The notes beneath the pieces are model-generated. The model was given only the letters and a program-made list of their open reading frames with translations. It was not told the origin of the DNA and did not search any database. A stretch of 64,000 nucleotides of DNA, from assembly GCA_963739455.1 (NCBI GenBank), contig CAVUAK010000001.1, positions 1,568,001-1,632,000 on the forward strand, given 5' to 3'. The DNA comes from an uncultured Gemmatimonadales bacterium (GTDB lineage: Bacteria > Gemmatimonadota > Gemmatimonadetes > Gemmatimonadales > GWC2-71-9). Below, piece by piece: positions 50,769-64,000 of the stretch (its first letter is position 1; every line of letters starts with the position of its first letter). The position numbers were made by a program, and so were the translations under genes.

Positions 50769-50784
50769 TGCACCCGGCGCGCCA
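50769..50784 (-). promoter_or_regulatory. Sigma-54 promoter candidate upstream of PEP-CTERM/xrt/epsI
   Basis: Minus strand TGGCGCG-CCGG-GTGCA, ~47 nt before GTG 50721. Confidence 0.55.
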
Positions 50785-51023
50785 CGCCGCAGATCACCGT
50801 GTAACGAGCGGCTTAACGCATTTAATTGCAGTGTATTAGGACGATCGTCCCATGTCCCGTTACAATGCGGATTTTCGGTCTATGCGAATAGGGCTCCAGC
50901 AGCCGCGGCCACTTCCTTTCCGCCGCCGCCTGCCCCGCCTCCTGAAGTCTCGTCCGTCCCGTCTCCTGACTATGTTGCACCACTAACACAGTTGTCACGG
51001 CACCCGGAGTCTAGCCCAGCCAC

Positions 51024-51650
51024 ATGACCTTCAAGCTCAAGCGCCTCATTCCCACCTCGCTGCGTCGCTGGCGCGAGGTGCTGGCGACCCTCAAGCCTGA
51101 GGAGCGCCGCGTGCTCATTCGAACCGCCATTGCCGCCACGCTCCGTCCGCGTCGCCGGGACTGGCGGGAGCTCGTGCGGAACGGCAGCAATTTCGTAATG
51201 GTTTGCCACGGCAACATCATCCGGAGTCCGCTCGCCGCGGCGGCACTTGCCCGCGAGGCCGCTTCGCGCCAACGAACTGCAACCCTGTCGAGCGCCGGCC
51301 TCTTCGCCCGGCCCGGCGAACCCGCGGATCCCCGCGCCCTCGAATCAGGCAGGGCGCGCGGGCTTCCCATCGAGGCCCATCGGTCTCGCCTGCTCGGCAC
51401 ACCCCAGGTGTGGTCGGCGGACGCCATCTTCGTCATGGACCACTACAACCTCGGTCGAATCATCTCGCGCTTTCCGGAGGCAGCCGAACGGGTCTTCCTC
51501 CTGGGCGGCTGCCAGCCCGATGGGCGCATGACACTTACCGAGATCTACGACCCCGTCTCTGGTTCGCTCGCCGACGTTGAGCTTGCGCACGATCAGGCCA
51601 TCGCCGCCGTGCGCATTCTTGCCGAGGCATGGGACACCTCGCCAGCGTGA
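51024..51650 (+). CDS. Low-molecular-weight protein-tyrosine phosphatase (Wzb-like)
   Basis: VCHGNIIRS P-loop, SAGL, HRSR, FVMD, IYDP. Confidence 0.87.
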   Translation: MTFKLKRLIPTSLRRWREVLATLKPEERRVLIRTAIAATLRPRRRDWRELVRNGSNFVMVCHGNIIRSPLAAAALAREAASRQRTATLSSAGLFARPGEPADPRALESGRARGLPIEAHRSRLLGTPQVWSADAIFVMDHYNLGRIISRFPEAAERVFLLGGCQPDGRMTLTEIYDPVSGSLADVELAHDQAIAAVRILAEAWDTSPA

Positions 51651-52309
51651 CGGGGAGCGGGCTGGAATCGCTCTTTCCCGCGGGCGTCGTGGTCGAGGTT
51701 GCGACCGCCGCCGATGAGGACGAGCGTCTCCTGTTTGAAGCCGAACTCGCCCTGATGGGCAGCATGATTCCAGCCCGCCGTCGTGAGTTCGCCTCGGGTC
51801 GGAACACCGCCCGCCGCGCCCTCGCCCAACTTGGCATTCCCCCCTCGCCCCTGCTTCGCCAAGGCACGGGCCGCGACATCGCCTGGCCCGCCGGTCTCAT
51901 CGGGAGCATCAGCCACACCCGCGGCCTCTGCGCCGTCGCCTGCGCCCGCATCTCAAGCCAGCTGCAGTCGCTCGGCCTCGACGTCGAACAGCCCGGCCTG
52001 CTGGGCGACGATATCGTGCCCACAGTCTGCCGCTCCGATGAGCTCCAGATGCTCGCCGCCTTTCCGCAGCCCTGGCCATCCGACTGGCCCCGCCTGCTCT
52101 TTGTCATGAAGGAGGCGGCGTACAAGGCGTGGTATCCCGTCACCCGTCGGGAAATCTCGTTTCAGGAAATGCGCGTCACCATCGATGTCGCGGAGCGGAG
52201 TTGTGTGGCCGAAGTGGATGGAAATGTCGCAGCCGGCCTGAAGATCAACGGCCGATTCGGGTGGGAAGAACATCTTGTCTATGCGGGAGCGGTACTGACG
52301 CGGCACTGA
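51647..52309 (+). CDS. 4'-phosphopantetheinyl transferase (EntD/Npt-like)
   Basis: RRREFASGR, WPAGLIGSISHT, LGLDVE, FVMKEAAYKAWYP. GTG overlaps the upstream stop. Confidence 0.92.
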   Translation: MTGSGLESLFPAGVVVEVATAADEDERLLFEAELALMGSMIPARRREFASGRNTARRALAQLGIPPSPLLRQGTGRDIAWPAGLIGSISHTRGLCAVACARISSQLQSLGLDVEQPGLLGDDIVPTVCRSDELQMLAAFPQPWPSDWPRLLFVMKEAAYKAWYPVTRREISFQEMRVTIDVAERSCVAEVDGNVAAGLKINGRFGWEEHLVYAGAVLTRH

Positions 52310-52328
52310 CGAGCTGGGTCCCCGATTG

Positions 52329-53564
52329 CTACGCAGCGGTGGGGAGATGTACCCGGCACTCCACGCCACCAACCTGCAGCCGGGCTGCGGGGCGAAGTCC
52401 TTGTCCGAAGAGTCCGTGCACCCGCGCTGGAATCGACACCGATCCGTCGTTTGTCGGGAGCGTTGTGCCCAGCTCGATCATCCCGGTGACCTGGCTGCCA
52501 TCGTGGCTCACGACGGTGAGTTGCCCCGCTTCCTCTCCCTGGCAACCGAAGCGGTACCGCCCCGCCACCGCGCCCGTTGGAGCCACGGCCCGCCACAGCG
52601 GATGGCTCGCATCGAGAATGGTTGACACCGTGGCACCGCCAATGACCAGGTTGGCATACCCCACGCGTCGCAGCGCATTGGGCCACGCCTGACGGAGGGC
52701 CTGCCGCACCCGCCCCGCCAGCCGGAAAAAGGCGCGCACGCGCTGCTGCTGAAAGAGGAAGCGGTAGCTCGCCAGGTCGTCCACATCCACCACGTAGTCG
52801 TAGTCGTTGTAACTCGAGATCAGGTCGAACACCCGTGCGACGGGAAACCCTGCGTCGCGCAGCAGGCGTCGATAGCTGGGCGGGTGGTACAGGTAGGTGC
52901 GGAACTGGGTGCCGGTGCGCATCCGCGTGACGGCGTTGGCGGCCCAGCGCGGCAGCACCGTCGGCCAGATCACCCCGGTGTGGGTGTCCGGCATGCCGAG
53001 CAGGCTCTCGAGTGCAAACCGGTTCTCGATCGCCACGGCGAGGTGGCCCTTGCCAGGCGCGAGCACGCGTCGTGCTTCCCCCAGCATCCGCAGTTGCAAC
53101 GCTCGCGGGTTGCCCTCCGCGTACACGCCGGCCCACTCCAGGACACCATTGAGCGTCACGAGCCCGAAGGATCCTGCCGCGAAGGGCAGCGCAAATCCGC
53201 TGGCCCGCACGAAGCGGCAGGCGCTGCGGGCGTCCTCGGCCGCGCGCGTCGAGGCATAGGCGATGCGATTCGGCAGGAACTCCGCACCCACCGCCTTCCG
53301 GTAGTATTCCGCCAGTCCCAGCGGGAGCGACCCGAAACCGCAGCCGATATCCAGGGCCGAGTCGTCGCGGTCACGGAGAAGGAGCAGGTGCCAGTTGCCC
53401 AGCGCCAGGTTCCGCATCCGCTTCACGAAGAAGGGGGCGTTCGGCTCGATGTCGTTCAGCGCCTGGCGCCATCCCTTCTCGCGGGTGGCAGCAAGGAGGT
53501 CGGCGAGCTGTTCTGCGTCGAGATCAGCCCAGGCTCTTCCGGTCAGGTACGGTGCGACAGTCAC
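52329..53564 (-). CDS. Class I SAM-dependent methyltransferase
   Basis: ALDIGCGFG, LPFAAGSF, NGVLEW, RVLAPG, AIENR. GTG start with GGAG RBS (the ORF track extends to 53618). Confidence 0.85.
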   Translation of the reverse strand: MTVAPYLTGRAWADLDAEQLADLLAATREKGWRQALNDIEPNAPFFVKRMRNLALGNWHLLLLRDRDDSALDIGCGFGSLPLGLAEYYRKAVGAEFLPNRIAYASTRAAEDARSACRFVRASGFALPFAAGSFGLVTLNGVLEWAGVYAEGNPRALQLRMLGEARRVLAPGKGHLAVAIENRFALESLLGMPDTHTGVIWPTVLPRWAANAVTRMRTGTQFRTYLYHPPSYRRLLRDAGFPVARVFDLISSYNDYDYVVDVDDLASYRFLFQQQRVRAFFRLAGRVRQALRQAWPNALRRVGYANLVIGGATVSTILDASHPLWRAVAPTGAVAGRYRFGCQGEEAGQLTVVSHDGSQVTGMIELGTTLPTNDGSVSIPARVHGLFGQGLRPAARLQVGGVECRVHLPTAA

Positions 53565-53580
53565 GAACGCTCCATAGTCA

Positions 53581-56500
53581 TCATCCCGCGTGGGCCAGTT
53601 CAGCCGAGGCCGCCGCAAGCTGTGCCTCCCTGAGCCGGGTGCGGAACAGTTCGCCGAACACCGGATCGTGCACCAGCGAGTTGTGCGTGCCTGGCGCGTC
53701 GATCACTTCGATCCGTCCGTGGACCGATGCCGTCCACCCCATGGTCGGATCCGAGAAATCCGCGTCGGCATCATCCAGCGCCCGGAACAGCACCACATCG
53801 CCCTCGTAGACTTTCGGCACGTATTGCCGTAGTGCCGCCATGTTCGCGTGCTCCACATAGAGGTAGCGCAGGCTGTGCGGCAGTTCGCTCCCGGTCGCCC
53901 GGAGCACTCGCGCCGCCGTCAGCTGGCCATAATCCCGGAATCTCTGGATACCCCGGCGGAACAAAAGTCTCACTTCGCCCGCTGCACCCTCGCGCTGCGT
54001 GCGCCGCAAGTGCCCCTCGATCCGCCGCCACAGCCGGGCGGGCGCTGGTGGCTGGTGCTCCGTCGAGAACCACGTCGGTCCCCACGAGTCGAACATCGTC
54101 AGCAGGCCGATCGTTTCACCCTCAGCCTGCAGGCGCTGCGCGATCTCCAGCGCCACGATACCGCCCAGTGAGCCGCCACCCAGGAAGTAGGGTCCGTGTG
54201 GCTGGATGCGCCGGATCTCCTCGATGTACTGCTCCGCCATCTCCAACAGGCTGCGGAACGGCTCCGTCTTGCCGTCGAGCCCCCGGCACTGGATGCCGTA
54301 GACCGGCTGGTCCGCGTCGGTGAAATTCGCCAGTGCGCGATAGTTCAGCACGGCGCCACCGCGGGCATGCATGCAGAAGAACGGCGGCAGGTTCCCACCC
54401 GGCTTGAGCGGTACGACGTGGCTCCAGAGCGGGCGCAACCAATCCTCATGTGCCCGGGGATCCCGCACGGCGTCCGATGAGGTCAGGATGTCGGGCGCCG
54501 GCGCGGTGAACGCCGGCATCTGCTGTGGCGTGCGCGGCACCGATGAGCTGATCTGCTGGTCGAATCGCACCGCCAGCGTTCGCACCGTCTGCGCTTCCAG
54601 CAGCGTGGCCAGTGGCAGGTTGTGCCCGGTCAGCTTCTTGAGGCGGGTGAAGAGGCGCACCGCCAGCAGCGAGTGCAGCCCCAGGTCGAGCAGGTTCTCG
54701 TCCAGTCCCACGCGCGGCAGCGAGAGCAGCCCCGACACGAGCGTCGCGATCTCCCGTTCCAGCGGGGTCGCCGCGGCCTCCGCGGCCTCCACCACCGCGA
54801 GCGGACGGGTCAGGATCTGGGGCCGGCTGCTCTCGCGCAGTTGCCGCAAGCAGCAGGGCGAGCGGCAGCGGCGACACCGCGACCTGCGGCACCGCGCCCG
54901 CTGCGAGGATCCGCTCGAGGGCGGCGACACCCTCCTCTGCGCGAATCCCCTCGCGGATCGTGAGGCCGAGTAGCGGGTTCGCCGGCGCCGTCTCGCGCCC
55001 GCGCGGTCGCGGCTGCCGCTGGCGGTGCCGCGAGCCTGGTCATGTCACGCACCGCGAGCAGGCTCAGCTCCAGCACTTCCACCAGCACCCGGCCCGACGC
55101 GTCGCACATCGCAGCATCGAACACCGCCACGTCGCCTGGGGTCGAGAGGTCCTCCCGGTACCGCACGCGGCTCGAGATCGCCCGCGGCAGGTCGCCATGG
55201 ATCCTGACCGTTCCGATCGAGAGTGGCACCAGCAGTTGGGCCTTGCGGTCCAGCCACGGCACCAGCGCCTGCGCCCCCGCCATCGCGATGTCCACCAGCG
55301 CCGGATGCAGCGGGAAGGCCTCCAGGTCGCCGGCGAATCGCGCGTCCAGCTCCAGCTCGAGGAGTGCCTCGCGCTGGCCCAGCCCTATGCGTCGCAGGTT
55401 GTCCCACCGCGGCCCGAACGCCAGGAACGGCGCTGCCGTCGTTACCGATGCCGGATCCTCCGCCAGCCTTGCGCGGCGGGCCAGGGCACCGAGATCCACG
55501 GGGGGCGCCGTGTCGATCACCGTGCCGATGCGCGCGCGCGCATGCAGCCGCCACGACGCGCTCGCGTTCGGCCGGCTCTCCACCGACACCCGCCCATCAG
55601 TGGTGTCGAGGCGCACCCGGATATCGCTGCGACCTGCCCTCCGGCACGATGAGCGGGTCGACGAACTCCACGTCGCGCAGTGCCGCCGGTCCCGCTGCGC
55701 CCCGACAGTCGGTCGGCCAGGTAGGCCAGCGCGAGGAACCCCGTGCCCGGTACCATCGGCTGTCCACCCCGCACGCGATGCTCGGAGAGCAGCCAGTGGG
55801 TCTCCGGCGCAATGCTGCCGAGGTATGCCTGCTCCCGCGCGTTCAGGTGCACCCGGCGGGCGAGCAGTGGATGCCCCGTCGGTTCGCCCGTGAGCGGCGC
55901 ACTCACGCCCAATCGCTGATGCCAGCGATGCCGCCATGCCGACATCCGACCACGGCGCCCAGTTGATCGACACGACCCGCGTGCCGCCGAGCGGCAAACT
56001 GTCGCTGCGACCAGGCGTCCAGGAACGCGTTTGCGGCGGCGTAGTCGAATTGCCCCGGCAGTCCGGTGAGCGCACTGATGGAAGAGAACAGGACAATGAA
56101 GTCGAGCGGTGCGCCCCGCAGCGCCTCCTCCAGCGCCAGCGTGCCCTGAACCTTGGGCGCCAGGACGCGCTGCGCACTCTCCGCGGCGCGCACCTGCAGC
56201 GCGCCGTCGTCGAGCGTGCCGGCCGCATGGAAGACCCCGTGCAGTGCGCCGAGGCGCTGGCGCACCAGCTCGACAGCCTTCTTGAGCGCGCGCGCATCTG
56301 TCACGTCCGCTTCCACCGGGAGCACCGTGGCCCCCGCGGCCTCCAGCTCCCGTACCATCAGCATGCGGCGCACGGATTCGTCCTGCGCATCGTGTGACGC
56401 GATCCACTTGTCCCACGCCTCGCGGGGAGGCAGGAAGTGCCGGCCCAGGAGCGCGATGCGCGCGCCGTGCGCATGAGCGAGGTGCCGCGCCACCGAGAGT

Positions 56501-59500
56501 CCCAGTCCGCCAAACCCACCGGTAATGACGTACACGCCGCCATCCCGGAACGGTGACACGGTTGCCGGCCCGAGCGGCAGGCTCTCGAGCGAGGGAATCC
56601 ACCGGTCGGGGCCGCGCAGTGCCACCACATCGTGATCGATCGCCACCAGCTCTGCCGAGCAGCAGGTCGGTGAGGCGCGTGCTGGCCCGCTCCGCCACGG
56701 GGATGTCCACCAGGCGCGCACTGATCCCCGGCAATTCCGTCGGGATCACCCGCACCGCACCGACCAGCGTCCCCAGTCGCGGGTCGGTGGCCTCGTCGCC
56801 CGTCACGCGCGCGGCGCCGGTGGTGAGTACCGTGAGCTGGACCTGGGAAAGTTCCTCGCTGCCCATCGCCTGGCTCAGCGCCAGCAGCGACAGGAAGCCG
56901 GTTTCGATCGATGCGTCTTCCAGTGGCCAGGCGAACACGATCCGCCGCGGGCTGCGGCCGGCATCGCGCAGCGCCGCGAGCAAAGCCGCCGCATCATCCG
57001 CGTTGGCCTGGTTGAGCGTATAGCCATTGGCACCGGCCACGCTGAAGCGCGTTCCGCGCGATGCCACGATCACGTCCAGGCCCGCGCGACGGCACTGGTC
57101 GACGAGGCCTCGTGCCACGGCCGACCGGTCGGTGAATACCAGCACCGGTCCGTCCAGCGGGTCACCTGGAAGCACTGGTGCGGCGCGGCGCCACGATGGC
57201 TGCGTGAACCAGTCGCCGGAGGTCTTCGGCCCTGCGTCAGCACCGCACCCGGCACCGCCTCCACCGGCCGTGGATCGATCCAGTGCCGTTCCCGCTCGAA
57301 CGGATAGGTCGGCAGCGCCACCCGCCGGCGCGCTTCACCTTCGTGCAGCCGCGCCCAATCCACCTCGACTCCCGAAATCCAGAGGCGCCCCAGCGCCGCC
57401 AGCATGTGCCCGGCGTCGTCCACCGGTTCGTCGGGATGTGGCATCGAGGTGAGGGCCACTGGCGGAGTGCCACCCTGCTGCTTTGCGAGCGTGGACAGCG
57501 TGCGCCCCGGCCCCACCTCGAGCAGCACGCTCGCGTCAGGCTGCGTCAGCGCGCGCAGTCCATCGGCGAATCGCACCGTCTGCCGCAGGTGCCGCAGCCA
57601 GTAGTCCGGATCGGTCGCGTCCGCCTCCGTCATCCAGGTGCCGGTCAGGTTGGAAGCGATCGGGATGGTCGGTGGACGCAGGTCCAGCCGTCGCACAAAA
57701 GCGTGAAACTCCGGGAGGATCGGCTCCAGCAGCTTCGAGTGCGCCGCCACGTTGATGCGGAGCCGCGAACTCTCTATTCCGCGCCCCGCCAGCGCGCGCA
57801 TCAACCGCTCGATCGCTGCCACCGGGCCGGACGCCACCGAGAGCGCCGGCCCGTTGGCCGCGGCGATCGACAGTTCCGTCCCCAGCAGTGGCTCGAGTTC
57901 GGCGGCGCCAAGCGGCACGCTCAGCATCGCACCCTCGGTCACCGTCTCGAAGAGCCGCGCCCGCGTGGTCACGAGGGCCAGCGCGTCGGCCAGGGAAAAC
58001 ACTCCCGCCAGGCACGCCGCGGTGTACTCGCCCATGCTGTGCCCGATCAATGCCGCCGGCTCGATGCCCCAGTGCATCCACAGCCGTGCCTGCGCGTACT
58101 GCGTAAGAACAGCGCCGGCAATCCTGTGAGCGGTTCCTGCAGTCTGGCCGCTGCCGTCGCATCAGTCACCGGCGACAGCAGAAGCGCGCGCACCTGGTCA
58201 GCGTGGTCGCGCTCCATCAGTGCGAGGCACTCATCGACCGCTGCCCGGTATACGGGCTCGTCACGATAGAGCGAGGCCCCCATGCCCGGATGCTGCGCAC
58301 CACCTCCGGCGAACATGAAGGCAACCGATCGCGCCCGGTCAGGTGCCTTGCCGCTGAACAGCACCCTCGCATCTCGCGCGGCCAGCCCCTGCGCCGCGGC
58401 GCTGGCGCTGTCGGCCACCACGTATGCGTCGATCTGCCATCGCCGCGCGGCCTGCCTGCAGTGTCCAGGCGGCATCCGCCAGCGACGGCGCGTCGGGAGC
58501 AGTCAGTGCGTCTGCGAGCCGGTCAGTGGCGCGTTCCAGGGCCGCTGATGAGCGCGCTGACATCACGAGGAGCTGGAGGTGCCGGGTGGGTGCTCGATGC
58601 GGCGGGGGCTCGGGTGGCTGCTCGAGCACCACATGCGCATTGGTGCCACCCACCCCGAGTGAACTCACCCCGGCGCGGCGCGGGTATGGCGCGTCCCACT
58701 CCTTGAGCAGCGAGTTCACGTAGAACGGGGTCTCCTCGAACTGGCACGCCGGATTTGGGGTGGAGTAGTGCAGGGAAGGGGGTAGCTGTCGGTAGCGCAG
58801 CGCCTGGATCGCCTTGATCATGCTGGCGGCGCCAGCCGCGGTGTCGATGTGACCGATGTTCGTCTTCACCGACCCGATCGCGCAGTAGCCCCGCTTGTCG
58901 GTGTGCCGGCGGAATGCTTCGGTCAGCGCCGCAATCTCGATCGGGTCACCCACCAGCGTCCCGGTGCCGTGCGCCTCGATCATTGAAACGCTGGAGGCAT
59001 CCACGCCCGCCACCGCGAGCGCCTCGCTGATCGCGCTCGCCTGGCCCTTCACGCTCGGCGCCAGGTAGCTCACCTTCTCGGAGCCATCGTTGTTGACCGC
59101 CGTGCCCTTCACCACCGCATAGATCGTGTCACCATCGGCAATGGCATCGTCCAGGCGGCGAAGCACCACGGCCCCCGCGCCACTGCCGAACACAGTTCCC
59201 GCCGCGCGCGCATCGAACGCGCGGCAGCGGCCGTCCGGTGACAGGATCTCACCCTCGGCGTAGAGATAGCCCTGCCGGTGCGGCAGCTCGATGGTAACGC
59301 CACCCGCAACGGCAAGGTCGCACTCCCCTGCCAGGAGGCTCTGCACTCCCAGGTGCACTGCCACCAGCGACGTCGAGCACGCCGTCTGCACCGCCACACT
59401 CGGCCCATGCAGGTTGAGTGCGTACGAAACGCGCGTGGTGAGGAAGTCCTTGTCGTTGCCCGTGTGCCGCAGCAGGAAGAAGCCGACCGAGTCCACCAGC

Positions 59501-59928
59501 TCCGGTCGTGTCAGCAGGTTGTAGCCCAGGTAGGCGTTGTGGCCCGAACCGCCGAAGACGCCGATCGGTCCGTTGAATCGTGAGGGCGCGTGACCGGCGT
59601 GCTCCAGCGCTTCCCACACGCACTCCAGGAAGTGCCGGTGCTGCGGGTCCATGATCGCCGCTTCATGCGGGCTGAGCCCGAAGAAGCCGGCGTCGAACAT
59701 CTCCATGTCTTCGAGCGGGGCACCGCGGGGCACGTAGTGCGGATTGCCGAGCAGCGTCGACGACACGCCTGCTGCACGGAGCTCGTCGATGCTGTAGGAC
59801 CGTATCGACTCGACTCCGTCGCGCACGTTTCGCCAGAACGCCTCGGCGTCGGACGCGCCGGGCAGGCGGCACGCCATGCCAACGACGGCGATGTCGGTAG
59901 CCTGCGAGTCGGTCTTTGTCGCGGACAT
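53581..59928 (-). CDS. Type I polyketide synthase KS-AT-KR[DH inserted]-ACP-TE (frameshifted)
   Basis: KS: NDKD, VQTACSTS, HGTGT, KTNIGH. AT: GHSMG, VAAHS. KR: TGGFGGLG, DYAAAN. DH: HPLL, HRVRGGQPMVP, HPALVD. ACP: LGLHSL. TE: GGSLG, PGTH. Confidence 0.9.
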
Positions 59929-59935
59929 CAGGTGC

Positions 59936-64000
<4,065 letters not shown>

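Overview
GC-rich bacterial window forming one continuous surface-glycan/exopolysaccharide locus linked to an exosortase/PEP-CTERM system. The lineage may be Gemmatimonadota-like; this is inferred from gene content only. The locus holds about 7 glycosyltransferases, 3 Wzx-type flippases, a Wzm/Wzt ABC exporter, a CDP-sugar cassette (rfbC/rfbF/rfbG plus oxidoreductases and a PIG-L deacetylase), an NDP-sugar dehydrogenase, two asparagine-synthase-family genes, deacetylases, exosortase, EpsI and a miniature PEP-CTERM protein. Three carrier-protein-dependent acyl systems sit inside it: (i) FkbH-ACP-MBOAT, (ii) a dlt-like MBOAT-ACP-acetoacetate-CoA ligase-SGNH cassette, and (iii) a formyltransferase/adenylation(+LLM)/PCP NRPS with a KS-AT-KR[DH]-ACP-TE PKS and a methyltransferase. 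One PPTase is present. Also present are two paralogous Ig-repeat lipoproteins sharing an unassigned ~200-aa domain, an HTTM-DCC operon, a cytochrome c-PQQ dehydrogenase, and six sigma-54-like promoters. Many genes at 19.7-24.2 kb, 41-48 kb and 54.8-62.3 kb are frameshifted, most likely from assembly indels. No rRNA, tRNA, CRISPR or mobile element was seen.
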